Part shown: in pieces, positions 25,661 through 43,428 of the stretch | Position numbering within the stretch: position 1 is the first letter of the stretch | Layout: each line of letters begins with the position of its first letter | From: Lingula anatina | Lineage: Eukaryota > Animalia > Brachiopoda | Assembly (NCBI GenBank): GCA_051362555.1 | Contig: CM120640.1 | Span: 40,588,788 to 40,652,787 of the forward strand | Reading direction: 5' to 3' | DNA length: 64,000 nt | Program-made: the position numbers and the translations under genes | Notes under the pieces: generated by a model | Seen by the model: the letters and a program-made list of their open reading frames with translations, nothing else | Told to the model about the DNA's origin: nothing | Databases searched by the model: none

Positions 25661-27846
25661 GTTCGGCAAAAAATGATATCCCCCTTTTTTCTGTGCCCAC
25701 TTTTAAGCCGGTCTTATTCAGTGAAGGGGCGTATCATGACTGAACTGAGAAACTATCGAGCAGAGGCCGGGTCCCGTACCAGGCTGGGCTAAGTACACAA
25801 GAAGACGAGATAATGAAGATACTTTATACATAACCCATTGATATCTCCTCTTGTCTTAAAACAAATAATCTTCAGTTAGCGGGGTTAAGATGTTCTGCTC
25901 TTGCGTTCTGACTCTTCAGCTTCTAAGGATGCTGTAATCCGTTCAAAAGGAAATATTAAAACGAAATCGACGGAGTCGCTGCTTTCGTACCCAACGGGTT
26001 TTAAAATAACCTTTGCCCAAGTTATTTCTGTCATAACTTACTTTTTTCATCAAATACCTTTTATTATCATTAGTGGATGTGTATTACTGACAACGCTAGT
26101 AAAACTTTTTTCATTTTTTTAAGATGTGCCGCGTCACTATCTAATAATTCTAATTATTCAACCATCTGGAATAAATTGAAGTTTTTTTCCAGTTTTGAAA
26201 TGCGTATAACTTTAATTAAGTAATCCCATTAACCTACTGGAAAAGTGTTATGAAACGCTGACCGGATTATAAGCTAATAGCACGTGAAACGTATCTAAAC
26301 TATCTGTTTGTCAACACAAGATGCGTTCTGATAAAAGTCGGGTGAATTGAAAAGATAGACGCATGTACTTATATTACTATTCTGCTTCAATTCTTACGCA
26401 ATATGTTGGTCATATGTACGGAGTAAAATGGCATTAGATTGGGTGGGGATGGATGTTACGAGAGCATTCTTACCACACAGCAATAAAATATATTAAAAAC
26501 GATGAACATTATCAACCAATTGTATTAATTTTCTTTAGAAACGACCGTAACAGGACGGGCTTTCTTGAGAAAACCTCGTTAACATACCCAGTTTCAGTTA
26601 TTACGCAAAGTGTCGGTCACTTAAAGATAACAGAATGTCCGAGGAAAGACACGATCACACCTTATGCAAGCAGGTTAAATAACTGACAGTTTCAAATTAT
26701 TATTTTTGAAGATTTATAAAACAATATACACGCACCATTTAGTGACTCTTCCGTATCAGGAAAACACTCAATACAATCACTTAATAAATAACACTTAATA
26801 TGTTATCTTTTTGATGCTGTAGTGCTGTCTGCGACAAGAACGGCCTGGCATACATGTACATGTTGATTAATCATTAACAACCGACCCATCTCTTGTTCGT
26901 CTTCAGCATTCTGGGTCGAATCCCTGCAATGCACTAGTAGACTTTGATATGTCATATAACATGAGTGAAGTCCATGATATGTTTATGTAAACCCAACTAA
27001 ATCCACAAAATAAATAAAAGTAAAAAGAAAATTCGGATTTTGCCACTTGCACTAGTTACGTAAGTTGTTATTTTTCATTATTATTACTATTGTCAATCAT
27101 GCTGCTCTAAACTATTATAACTGACTCAAAATACCTAGAGATAGAGTCATAATTGGCAAAGGAACCATGGAGTGCGTACCCTGAATGACCTGCGGGACGA
27201 CACCAGCAAGTCTTCTGGTTCGTTTCTGTCACATCGCTGGTACTGACAATATCCCCGAGATAATAGATGATAAATTCCTCAGCTCTTATGCTCACAACTC
27301 CTGTAGCAGTTACTGCAGAATAATAATACTTCGAGGGAATCTTCAATAACACCTGTGCTTTTATTCCAGGCGATTTGAAAACCGCTAGCTTTTGTTTTAA
27401 AGAAACTATTACAGCAACTTATAAAGATACTTTTAAGTTACAATTTAAAAACATCTTAAATGGTGATATCACAATTGTTTACTTTCTACACAATTAATCA
27501 AATATCAACAAGACGCAATAGCGCAAATCTTCTTTTGAAAATATGTGATGGATATGTCCATTTTTGTCTGCCAGGGCAATATTTTTTAAGCTGGAGTCCT
27601 CTGAAAAGCACTAGCAACTTGATCTTTCTTTTGCGTATATTTAGTGGAATTCTGCATTGTCTCTCAAAATCACAATTCTTTTATAAACGCCGATTTTTTA
27701 AGAAAAGAAAGATACGTAATATAATATTGTTCCTCATAACGTCTCATTCAATTGGTCTCTTTATACCCTTTTTAAAAGCAATGTATTTGGATCGAGTTTA
27801 ATATGAGGCTGTTGTAATGGCTTTGATCAAATGCCTGGAATGATCC

Positions 27847-31390
<3,544 letters not shown>

Positions 31391-31445
31391 CGTTTCTACA
31401 AGAACTGGATCTGGCCAGCTTGCAAACAGCTTACACAATGATCTT

Positions 31446-31477
31446 TGCGCATGCGTAGTGTGGGATAGAGGGCGCTA
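31446..31477. promoter_or_regulatory. ETFA proximal promoter: NRF-1-type palindrome plus partial CTCF-like motif
   Basis: TGCGCATGCG at 31446-31455 (NRF-1 consensus YGCGCAYGCGCR), about 55 bp upstream of the ATG; TAGAGGGCGCTA at 31466-31477. Confidence 0.55.
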
Positions 31478-34400
31478 AAAACCAAGTGAGAACATTAGAT
31501 GGCTGTGAAACAGAAAGTCATCATGTTTAATCGTAAGGATAGATTACGCTAACATAAAATTACATCTTAAGACTCAAACAAATCAATTTCATATACAAAG
31601 CATTCTGTGAAAAAAAATATATAAAAATAATATAACGTTAGGATATTTGGTGCAAGATTAGATAAACTAAAATTTACGTTAGGAGCTAGGAAGGTGGAGG
31701 AAAAGCCGATTTCCTAAAATAAAATGAGAAAAACGGAGTGGAGATCGCTTAATCTGTTTCATGTAAGTAATACCTTTTATGCATACTAGGGTACACGTGG
31801 GGTTAAGCAGCTTGCTTCCACGTCTACAACGATTTTCGAGTCGCCGCAATTCCTAGCTGGTAAGATCGCAATAATGGCCTAATTACTTTTAAATAAGAAC
31901 TAGAAATGGCTATTTGTATTTCTCTTGTTGGTACATGATCATTCGGCTAAACCAGAAACGGAAATAGTCGACTTGGCTCTCATGGGACGACAATAACTTT
32001 GCCTATAACTACTACTCAATGGTAAAATAAACCCGGGAAAATGAAATTATTATGTCTGTGATCAGAGTGGGCATGATATCAACTTAATGAATGTTTTGGT
32101 TCTAAGTCATTGCTCGGGTTAATAGTAAGTACATGTGTACATATCAAAATCTCAATCTTCTAACATCGTTACCGAATCAAGAGAATAAATAGGAACATAA
32201 CAATCACAACGCAATAATTGGAGGATTTCATGTTAATATTTTCTCCTAATCATGATAGATGTAAGCTACCTGAAATTTGTACAAATGATGAATTAACCCG
32301 CTGTGGTATTGGAGTAGGTACTACATTATATCTAAATAACGTAACACAAATGTAAGCCCTATCTACTGAGCCTCCTTTTTTTCAAAAATGTTTATTATTA
32401 TTATTGTTATTATTATTGTTATTATTATTATTATTATCATTTAAAGGAAAAAAGTGTTAGAATAGGAAAAGGTTGTGTGTGTGAGAGTGAAAAAGAGAGA
32501 GAATTTTCAGTGTGCTACGCTTACCAGGGGTCTGTATTTGGGAAGAAGAAAACTCGGACAGAACTTAAAACTGCTGCGCTTCAGTCAAAACACATGGCAC
32601 CCGTTTTTTAATAATTACTTATCCGTAGTATCATGTCATGAATTGCAAGTCAATTTAGTAAAACCTCTGATAAAGAAAATATGGTAAAACATGCTAAAAG
32701 ATGTATAAAAATCTCTCAGTGACGACCCATTCAAATGGTAAAGTGCCCCACCTGCAATACCCTATATATGAAGGACATGTTATGTTGCAAATAACAGCAA
32801 CAAATGGACAAATTAAGGACCAAATACCTACGTCTATACAGGTTGCTCTTTCGAGACTCATATCTTATATACGATATGTGTCACTAGGTCTGTGATCAGT
32901 TATATTGTCAGTGTTGTGTTAATTAGTGGTCTGTCTCGTCTTTGCTCTCACATTTACATTGTAACGATTTTTCTCGTGTTTGCTGATCATTTAGCAATCG
33001 TCAAGGTTATTTTTGTATGATTTTTCCATTCTTAGAGATTGTATTCTGATGTGTATTCATCTTTCATCCCGGAAATACGGTGATTATTCTTGCTGGAGGC
33101 TCCACATAACGAGGCAAATCCATCTTAGTTCCTTTAGAAAACGCGATATGCTGATGTCTATGTCAGCGGCATTTGTCTTTGCAATGATTACGATAGGTGT
33201 ATGTGTGTGTGGGTGAAACAATATGTAGTGTACTTAACTCTCGTCTAATTAAGAAATATTGTTAAGTATTTGCAAATGGGTACGAGACAAACGTCAAATA
33301 GTACCTCATCGTATTATATCTTTGATCTTTGAATATACCCTAAAATAGAATTCCATTTTTAAAACAATTACTGCAATTAATATGCTATATTTACTCAATT
33401 TTAAAACACCATAGATGACCTCTCAACTCTTCTAATTGATAAATATCGGCACCGTGTCTTCCCGTGCCTCTTTTTGAGATGACAGCGCATATTGAAACAT
33501 GATCAATTGACGGCTGCTTCCTTTAATAGACGGTGCAGGTGCGAGTACTCAAAATGTCATTTCCAGCCAGAGACATTTTCTCACAAATAAAAAGGCAAAT
33601 GTTTATTGAATCCTGTACAGTTAACATTGGATTTACGGAGAAGTATTGAAAAGAATAAGTGATAAATTTGATGTGTTTGAAGAAATTACGGCCTGTGATG
33701 AGTGATGCGCTTAGAGCTGAGATCATGTTATTTGAGCGTTTTTAATAGAGAGCTGAAGGTGCTTTGAAACTAGATCCATTTTCAACTGTGTCACATTGTA
33801 TTTTTCGCTCTCACGAGCTAAAAATTTCCAGGAAAAGCACCACTTTTTTCTCTCTGATAGCTTTGGATAGTTCATTTTACTGTTTTCCCGTTTGATGACT
33901 TACTTCGACGTTTTAGTCTTTACTTTTTGATCGTTTCCTGAAACGATCACGAAAGCGGCCAATATTTTATCCGGGATGAAATAGCTTCGTACTAAAATAC
34001 TAAAACAAGTAAATATATTTTAATGTTCATAATGTTTGACCGCCCAATAATATATAATATCCGTTTGATTGCAAAAAAAGTCTGTCAACTAATTCTAAAG
34101 TAGTTTTATGTTCTAGTTATAATCTTAATTCTGGACTTGAAAACTGATTAAATAAGAAAACATATACAAATGTATGCCCATGTAGGGCGATTTTTATATA
34201 TCTACTTGATATTAACTTAACGTTTACACATACTACTCTATATAAGCACGGTGATAAAAAAATAAACGTTATTTGTCACTTTATCTCTTTCTTTATATGA
34301 AAAAGAAGTAAAATAGTATTGAAAGAAGCATGTGCAGGACACTTCAGTGAAAACGGAAATAAGAGAATTCATAAATCAAATAATCAAAATGAAGAAATAA

Positions 34401-34530
34401 CTGAATAAAACCGAAAAGAAAAATTCCAGAAATGACACATTGACAATATTTTTACCCTTATAACTATTCATTTTTGTTTATTCAAATATCTGATAAGACA
34501 GATTAAAAATGGAGTAAAATAACATAAATA

Positions 34531-34556
34531 GGGTGGGGGTGGGGGGGGGGGGGGGG
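34531..34556 (+). repeat. G-rich tract (potential G-quadruplex)
   Basis: GGGTGGGGGT followed by G16. Confidence 0.7.
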
Positions 34557-37500
34557 CTCTTGAAGTGCATATTATTCTATTAACTAAAAGGAGGGGAAAT
34601 AAAGAACAGAAATTTTCTTTTTTTCTCGTGTTTTCGACCACAAGACCACCAAAGGCAATGGCACGACGATGCACTTAAGAAAAGCCAAAGTAAACTATAC
34701 GAAGTAATACATAAATTTTGGTGAGTAATCCAATAAAAAGATAACTTTGTCAACAAGCTCCATTGAGATCGCACGTTCTGCTGCAATGAATTTGACAAAT
34801 GTTGGCGATTTAATTACAGTAACGCGCATGTCCTGACGAGCTGGGTGATATACAGAGGGATTACAAAACTTGATGTCTACCACCGTGCGCTTCCATTAAG
34901 TGAGTTGATATCCCTGAATATATATGCTCCATAGAATAGAATCCTATAATAAAAATGTTGTTTCCAAAAAATTGTCGATAAATGATCAATTACAGCCTTT
35001 GACAAATCTTGGACGACAAACCGTTTTATTCGTCCAATGATGAATGAATGGATAAATAATATTAGTTATGTTAAAGATCATTGACAACCGAATACAGAGA
35101 GAGAGAGAGAGAGAAAACGCTCGAATTTCTAAACATCTAAATGACCAGGTTATCACTAAAATACACCAAGCGATCTGTTAATTGTAAATGTCACCACTGA
35201 CAAAGAAACCTATCCAGCTTTTGTGGCTTTCAGATGAATAGAAACTCTCATATGCGATAAAACTGAACGTCATTAAAAGACAGCGAATTTTTGCAACACT
35301 ACGTAATTGTTGTTTCTCCTTTGGTGTGGTTAAAGTAGCGCTTCTTGTTCGTATTCTTCATTTCTGGCATCAGGGAGCGAGTTCTGTATCCGTTTTATGG
35401 TAAATATTGAACAATCTGCAACACATAGGGCTTTTCTCGACCTTCATTACATGAGACGCTCATTTGATTAATGCTCGTTAGGCGTGGAAAATTGTTATGT
35501 GTAAGCACGAAACCCGACAACAAAAGCAAACGGATTTATTTTCAACTTAATACTTGCTCCCATTCAGTATTTCCTTCCGTCTAAGCTTAAAAATCGGTTG
35601 TACGAGGCAATTCAAAACTGGGACAGCGTTGGGGCCTAAAATTTACCATGTAAATATCAGTTCCTGAAATCGTTATTAGCAGGAAACGGAAAGGGGAAAG
35701 ATTTACATATGCATTATCATGTCTATGGGAGGAAAAAAGCCATTTTGATGTAACATGATCGCGTCTGCGTTGTCTTTTCAAATATTCGATTTGTAGCGTA
35801 TTGTACTGTGTTGCCAAAGAAAAAAAGAAGTCCGCCGGCTGTGTATAAAAACATGTCTCATTTCAAAAGAAGATTTATCGAGTAAGTAGGGAATCACTAT
35901 CTTCGTTGATGTACCTGACAACTAACTTGTATTATTTCCTTTGACACTAGCATTTAAAAGTTTAAATAGCAACCCAGATTGTTTTGGGCAACAAGTCAAA
36001 GTCACGCTGTGTTCTTCATAAAGCACTTGCCTGTGGTAATGAAGTTTTTGATAAATCAAAAGATTGAAAAACATAACCACACAGTCATTTTAATGTATTT
36101 AATAATGACACCATATCGTCGCCGCTTATGACAATCTTCGAAAAAAAGGAGAGAGAGGGAGAGAGAGAGAGACTTGGGAAGTAGAGAGAGAGACTTGCTC
36201 CATATTTTGTATTGCATATGGGAGTTTCGGCTGCAGCTAATTTCATTTTATAAAAGCATACAATTTTCACCAGGTGCAAGTTTATATTGCACCCACCATA
36301 TCATGAACCTACCACGCACTTGCTGTCTCTTGTGGTGACATTAATTGATAAATGAAGTGAGATGAAAAATAACTTTTTTAAGGCGTGAAAGTTTGTCAAT
36401 GATGCGTTGACAAGCTTAAATCAAGTCATAGCGTCTTTCGGTCTAATGAGTTAATCAAACGCAAGTCAGAAACACACTTCATTCCACCTAAAACCCACCA
36501 GACAACAGGATAGGAAAAGCGGGATGTTTCCGAGATTGTAGGAAAGGACAAAAGGTTAACGGCTTGTGTTTTTTGTCTTGGTCTCCCAGTTGTGGTAATG
36601 ATCCTTTGTCCCCTTCTTTTTAATGTGGTAATCTGTGTTTATTTTATTCTTATTTATGGTCTTTTTAATTTCCTAATTTAGGCAATTTGCTTTTCGTTCT
36701 TTTTGTTGCACAATATTCATCTTTTCAAAAGATTTCAGGAAAATAATATGATGATTTTGTGCAGCGCTTTATGCTATTGTTTGTAACATTATTTACTGCC
36801 CCCACTCGTTTCATGCTCACCTCAATTATCAATACCACATGGTATTTGGAACTATTCTATGTCTATCACCAGATCTGCTAGGCTGTGTCACTGACAAATT
36901 TATAACTTTATGATAGAAATTTAGGCATCTATTCTTTGTATGAGGCATTAAAAAGTCTAGGAATGAATTCCTGTGCAAAAATTAAAAAAAAAGGAAAAAA
37001 GAAACGGACATTTGACAAAAAATTGTCGTTCTTATATATTTTCCTGTGAATGTTGATAATTCTCATTAAATCACGTGCCTAGTAATAACTTTCTCCTATG
37101 AGACACAATCGGGAATTTTTTGTCATTTCATTAATCTAATGATTGATATTTACTTATTAATTTTAAAACCATTTTGTTTACTCAAACGCTCAGGCATCTA
37201 GCCACCAATTGCTGTACTTCATTTTTAGTTAAGGTTGTCATGTATTATATATGCATTCCATCTGGTGAAAAATCTTCCTTTAACTAGAAAACTAGGATCC
37301 TGTTGGGAGTGTTCTAGCTAAAAACTTTAATTAAATTCAATATTTAAATACCCTATATTATGCAAACGGGGTTTTATTATTAACTTGAAAGAGTTATGTG
37401 CATTAAAATCATGAAATAATTCTTAAGTGTAAAGCAAAGCACGTCTAAGCTTATCACATCAGAGATCATAATGACATTGATTACGAATTGTGTGAATATT

Positions 37501-40500
37501 TGATTTTTTTCTAATTGACACAAAATATAATTACATGACATTATCATTATAAGTCTAAGACTGAAATTACAGGGCAACGGGTATTTATCCAGCGCTCTAG
37601 CTCGTCATTAGCGCTCCGATCGTCACACATCAAACTCATAATTATGCCTTGGAGTTAAATAAACTAGCCTTGATTGATATTGCAAACACACAGCAGGCCT
37701 TGCAATTTTTGACGCTGCAGGACTGCCGAGTGCTCATTCATGAAACTCCGTACAGCTCCAACAGAACTCTCGATTTTTTTACAACCGAGAAACTTTGAAA
37801 GGGCCGAATGAGAGAAAACGCTGCGCTAACCGTAGATGTCTTATATACAACTATTGTTACGGCGGCTTCCGAAATTCATTGGTTTGAGATATAGGATATG
37901 TTTGATCTGGTCTTATTGTGAAGATGCTCTATTTAGTATAGTGGGGCTCTGTTTCACTTTGAAGACGTCTCTTCATTTTAACCCGAGGCTACTTACTCTG
38001 TTATAGGGATCCTTTATCCATCAGTGATGTATATTACTGAAGATAAATCATCAACTCGTACACCTTTCCTCATTGATTGTTATTTACACGTGTGGACGCG
38101 TCGGCGTTCGTTTGCCTTAATGCGCGCGTGTGTGTGTGCACATGTGTGTGTTTACTTGTCTTACTTAATTCTAATTCTTTGAAAGCCTCTTTATTAAATT
38201 TCTTACCAAAATTGGCAAAGGCATCATCCTAGCTGAAATCGCCCTAATGTGGTCTTTTCAATATTCCTTATTATTGTGGAGCTGAACAAGCGAACAATCC
38301 GCTTCGTCACGGTGCGTGAATCTACTATAAATCTGAACGAATCGAGATAGTAAGATTTCATCGAATTTCTTCCCAGTCTTACTACCAATACTACGTTAGC
38401 GTAAAAGAAATTACTACGAACACACGCATAGTAAGATCCAATCTTGACTACCAGTGAATTATAGAGGATCGTAGCTTTAATTTACTTTGAAGTTCACAGT
38501 CGGATCACTGCCGTTGTACGATTTGATTTTCTATTCGTGGGGAGATTGAAAAAGATCAACTCCGCGTGTGTTTAGTGACACGCCGTGGTCCCGTATTGAT
38601 TAATGCTCAGTGGAGTAGATTCTGCTTATTTTTCCCCCGTCTTGTCTCTCTGGGAATTGGACAGATCGGTCCTTATTTTGTCCTCAGCGCTCATGATTTT
38701 CTTATTTCATGCGGTAGCTTTGACTAAGATTTATCTGGTGGCCTGCATTTTGGAATCAGTGATGCTAATTGTGCTGTCTGGAAAAAAGGTGAATTGTGTT
38801 CATCTAAAGGAAAAATAATGAGCGATTATAACAAAGCTGCATGTGATACTTGCTTTTGCTGACAAATTGAGATTTGCAAAAGTCCCTTTGTAATTATAGT
38901 ATTCGAGTCAAAAGAATGATGTTGATCTCCTTTTTGAAGTGCTATTAATAAGCAGCGGCGGATATATATCTGGGACTAATTTTCGATTGTAATTTCATTT
39001 ACGAAAAAAATTAAAGAATTCTTAAGAGATACTCATCGCGTATATTGAGACCCCTTCATCAAAGAGCTTCGTCTTATTTCTTTCATTCCGAGACTCACTT
39101 TACTCACATGAAACGGCGGCAACTGGCAAGTGGATCTCCGATCGATGTGTTATCGTTTTCTTACAACATCAAGTTGCTTGTGCGAATGACAAAAGAATCA
39201 GATAATTTAGTTTTTTAATATCCCGCATGCTGAAAAATCAATATTGAAATAAATTGGCCACAGGAATGATAGAGCAAATAGTGTAACGGAGAGACCAGCT
39301 TTCTATTCACTTTGTAACCTCTGTCATATTTCTGTACGATTGTCAATCAAAACCGCGCGATAAAACTTCTTCGTGTCAAGCGCTTCACAGTCTCGGGTCA
39401 TTTACGGCATTAATGTGGTAGCACGACCACTGAAACAAATCGGCTCGTCAATTTCATTTCCTTCAGTTGCGTCAGTAATTCTAAGACAACTTCAAAGTTA
39501 CTCAAACTTTTTCATAAGTACCTAGATAACTGTAAATGAACTACATCATCATCAATGCGGCTTCAAGTAGTAGTAATGTTTTCAAAGTGGGAGACATATT
39601 TAGTCAAGTTGATGTAAAGTGTTAGTCAGGCTTTGGATTAAAAAAAAATGAAAATAAATTAACAGTAACCTGTTGCCTTGATCAAAAATTTTAGTTACTG
39701 CCATTTGGCTAAAATATTGACACTGTTCATACACACGCAAAAAAAGTTAAACGTTAATTCTACCTTAAGTACCTGATTGAACAAAATCAAACGGATGAGT
39801 ATTTTCTTATTATCATTCTTAAACTCCAAGCTAATAAAAGATTTTTTTCTGTCTTTTGTCAGTGAGTGATATTTCAATGTATGTTTTATTACAAATCTAA
39901 GACTATTTGAAACACCATCCTGTTTCACAATGTTTCCCACGTGAGTCATCAACTATTTTTCTGCCGCCCTACCTCGATATGACAGAAAGAAGAGAAATTG
40001 ACCGAAAAAGGACCTGCTTTAAGTCGGGAATGCAACAAGAACTTCAAGAAATCTTTAACACCTGTGAACTATCAAGTCCCCTACGATTAAAATCCCGCCA
40101 TTGATTTCTTTATCAAGTCTTTGTGGAGGTAAAATGAATTTTTATGTCCGGGTGGTTTCACTGAAAGGTGTGCTCATGCCTCAACACCGCTGTTTGCCGG
40201 CCGCTGTAAAACAGTATTGTAATTCGGATGCTCCGATGCACGTGTTTCTGGAGAGAGTTGTTTGCGCTGTATCTATATCCTTTTACTTTACCCCGAAATT
40301 AAATCAAAATAGCGGGTTCGGTCGCTACATACAAACCCATGATGAATGGGCTAACAAAGGAGTTCTTCTGATCTATTTGACTTGGAAGAGATTAGGGGTT
40401 TATTGGATACAATACTCATATGAGACGCAAACCTGTATGACGGCACGAAAACGAACTTTTAATGAATGAGCACCAGACGCGGGCACATTGTGCCTTCTGT

Positions 40501-40640
40501 CTATTGTGGCCCTCGGATGTGCAGCGCACCACTTGTGTCAATACATCGCCTGCGGAACTTGTAACTTGACTAATATTGATACTGTGATCTTCTAGTAACT
40601 GGAGGGCATTGTTTCTGTGAGAATTACGCCCGGACCTACA

Positions 40641-40641
<1 letters not shown>

Positions 40642-40673
<32 letters not shown>
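40642..40673. repeat. (CA)16 microsatellite
   Basis: Direct read. Confidence 0.95.
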
Positions 40674-40675
<2 letters not shown>

Positions 40676-40810
40676 TACACACTCACACGACTTTCAACAA
40701 CCAAGCTTTCAGTCAGCAAATTTATCTTCCTCCTAAGATTTATCACTGAGGTGTATTTGTGCGCGCAGAAAAGCCTTAATGTAAACGAGAATAAAAAATA
40801 TGGCTGAGTT

Positions 40811-40927
40811 CTAATTAATCCGATCCAACCGTGCCGCCCCGTCCGTTTGATTGACAGCTGTTAATCAGTTTAAGTCACCGGCCCCATGGGAGCGTTACTA
40901 CTCTACTCGCGATCAAATACTATAAGG
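40811..40927 (+). promoter_or_regulatory. Candidate FoxB core promoter
   Basis: CTAATTAATC (40811), GC box GCCGCCCC (40833), exact PBX-MEIS/PREP decamer TGATTGACAG (40848-40857) and TATAAGG (40921), about 1 kb upstream of the ATG. Confidence 0.4.
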
Positions 40928-41923
40928 AGACTGAACTAAAGAATGAGAAGATCGTATGCTTGCTGTATTTTAAAGTAGCACTTCTCAGTGAACCGACTGT
41001 GAGCTGTTTTTATCATGCATTTGAAGATTTGCATTTGTTATTTACGTACCTGTCACGATCAAATGAAGCCGCGTGTTTGTGACGTGTGAAGGCCTCTGCC
41101 TTTTTTTCCACGCTGACTAGATACACAATTCGTGCGGCTCCGGATCGCGGCTAGATATACACAAGTATGGTGCTCTGTCAACAGCAGAAACGACACGCAT
41201 TGATGACGGTCGGTAATGAAGTCTGCAGTTATGGTTGGGAATTATAGAGCGTTGACAGTTAACTCCTGTACAGATTTCTAACGGGGCTGTAACATTTCGT
41301 CTGGGGCCTGGTGCAGTCAGACCACTAACATTAGAATTGTCTCCACAGTTTCCAGGGAGAAAGAGTTGCTGCAAGGACAGTTTAATTCTTAATGGTCCCA
41401 TACCAACTGACTTAATAGTGTGTTAGATTTCCTGAAGTGGAATGCTTGTTAGTGAGGCCGTGCAGCTGAAAAGGAAAGAGGACCATTTACAATAGGTAAG
41501 GAATAATGGTAATTTCATTTCCTTTTACAAAACTTTAAAGATTACATTTTGTTTACTTTTTCTTTTTTTAAACCTTCATTGAAAAGTATCATAAATTGCA
41601 TGATTATTTATCATATTTTTTACTCCGTTTTGATAATTGTACAATTCATTACATGTATTTATTTATTATTCAGTGAACATGTCGTGTGAATGAGATAATT
41701 CAACATTTTTGTACTTTGACATATAAGACTATTTTTTATAATAAAATTTGTACGTTTTTCAAGGTGTGCACAATCTAAGCGAAGATACGTAGAGTGAAGC
41801 AGAAAAAATACCGAAAAGGGGAAAAGGGTGAGTTGTAAATTAAGGATCATTTCTAGTTCAACCGCATTGCTGACTGCTTTTCACAATTTGAAAAAAAAAA
41901 TTCGAACTATAAGCTAAGAAAAG

Positions 41924-42889
41924 ATGCCTCGGCCAGGAAGAAACAGTTACAGCGATCAAAAGCCGCCGTATTCCTACATTGCCCTCACTGCCATGGCAAT
42001 ACAGAGCTCTGCCGAGAAAATGCTTCCTCTGAGCGATATCTACAAATTCATCATGGACAAATTCCCATTTTATCGGGAGAACACTCAAAGATGGCAGAAC
42101 TCCTTAAGACATAATTTGTCGTTCAATGACTGCTTCATCAAAATCCCACGCCGGCCGGATCGCCCGGGCAAGGGGAGTTACTGGGCTCTACATCCAATGT
42201 GCGGAGATATGTTCGAAAACGGGAGCTTTCTACGTAGGAGAAAGAGGTTCAAACTTCAGCTAAGGCAGCTAGCCGGGTTAGCTGCGCAGGCGGGGTCGGC
42301 CGAACAGGAACAAATGAAGCATCGAATGGAGCAAGCCTTGTTTCTACCACACCACCCAAAATATGGAATACATCCCTACGCCGCGGCACACCTGGCACCT
42401 TTTCTAAACCAACCAATGAAGCATCCTTTCACCATAGAGCACCTTATGGCTCCAGATTATAAGCGACCAACTTTCATGGCACCCCACACTTTACTTCCCC
42501 CGGGCATCGCAATCCCAAGGGCACTGGTGGCTCCTTTCGGACTGAGCCCATCGATAAATACTTGCCCTTCTTGCGGCGAAAGTGGCAACGCTGGGAACAT
42601 GCTCTGCAACTCCTGTCGAGTTTCAGTCCACAAAGAGGGGCTTGCGTATTCTGTTAATCAGCTAAATGAGGAGCTTCGACTTCTTAAGAGTCAAACTACT
42701 CCACGAGACGTCACAGGACCCTCGGTGCCCCTGCCGATCAAGCCAACGCCAATCTCTAGCTTTCCTCTTGCCATTCTGCCGCCAAGAACGAGCGGGCTCG
42801 CGTTCTCGTCAACAGCTACGCCGAGATCAGCGGAAGTGGCCTTGAATCTGTCAACCCACTCACCACCGTCGTCAAAAGGTAGTAGATAA
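41924..42889 (+). CDS. FoxB: Forkhead box B transcription factor (321 aa, single coding exon)
   Basis: [106 protein letters not shown] is the diagnostic FoxB forkhead domain. An eh1-like motif HPFTIEHLM lies at 42422-42448. Confidence 0.97.
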   Translation: MPRPGRNSYSDQKPPYSYIALTAMAIQSSAEKMLPLSDIYKFIMDKFPFYRENTQRWQNSLRHNLSFNDCFIKIPRRPDRPGKGSYWALHPMCGDMFENGSFLRRRKRFKLQLRQLAGLAAQAGSAEQEQMKHRMEQALFLPHHPKYGIHPYAAAHLAPFLNQPMKHPFTIEHLMAPDYKRPTFMAPHTLLPPGIAIPRALVAPFGLSPSINTCPSCGESGNAGNMLCNSCRVSVHKEGLAYSVNQLNEELRLLKSQTTPRDVTGPSVPLPIKPTPISSFPLAILPPRTSGLAFSSTATPRSAEVALNLSTHSPPSSKGSR

Positions 42890-43428
42890 TTTGTGTGGTA
42901 AATCTACAGTTTCAGGTGAACACCGTTAAAATGTGTACTTTTGTGACACTTCAACAATCATACAATAACTTTCAAAAGCAACATTAACCGGTAGTGGTAG
43001 GCCTGCAGTTTCCAAATAAATGCCGCAAAGTGCACCAGGAACTTCTCAAATCCAAAATGTAATAGTAGAATTTTCCATTTTTTTTTGTTATTGTTTAATT
43101 TGGTGATTATATTTGCAATATGAGAAAAAAATAAATGGGGTTGCTGTAGTCGTGTTGAAATAAGAAATAATTGATCTTTCTAAAAAGCTCGTTGTATGCA
43201 TCTTGTAAATAATAGCTTTCCGGCGTTGTTAGAAATTATTTTTGGCAGATCATTGTCCACTCCTTTAGTGAGTGTAACATCAATGTCATGAATGTTTTAC
43301 ATGTAAATCAGATTAAGTCTGAGAATATGTTGACATCAATGTCCATTGATTTTGTTTAAAAGAAAAAAAACCTGTTTGCATAACGGGTAAATGTTCAATC
43401 TGTTATTTACATTGATTTTAAACAAAGA

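Noticed and set aside
27107-27801. ORFs of 81 and 113 aa downstream of ETFA
   Set aside because: Low-complexity AT-rich translations with no motifs; probably ETFA 3' UTR (AATAAA on the minus strand at 27360-27365) and spacer.
32475-41850. Many 60-122 aa ORFs between ETFA and FoxB
   Set aside because: No domain motifs or coherent exon chain; several are microsatellite or homopolymer translations.
41828-41856. GTGAGT...TTCTAG as a 29-nt micro-intron before the FoxB ATG
   Set aside because: Too short relative to other introns in the window and unsupported.
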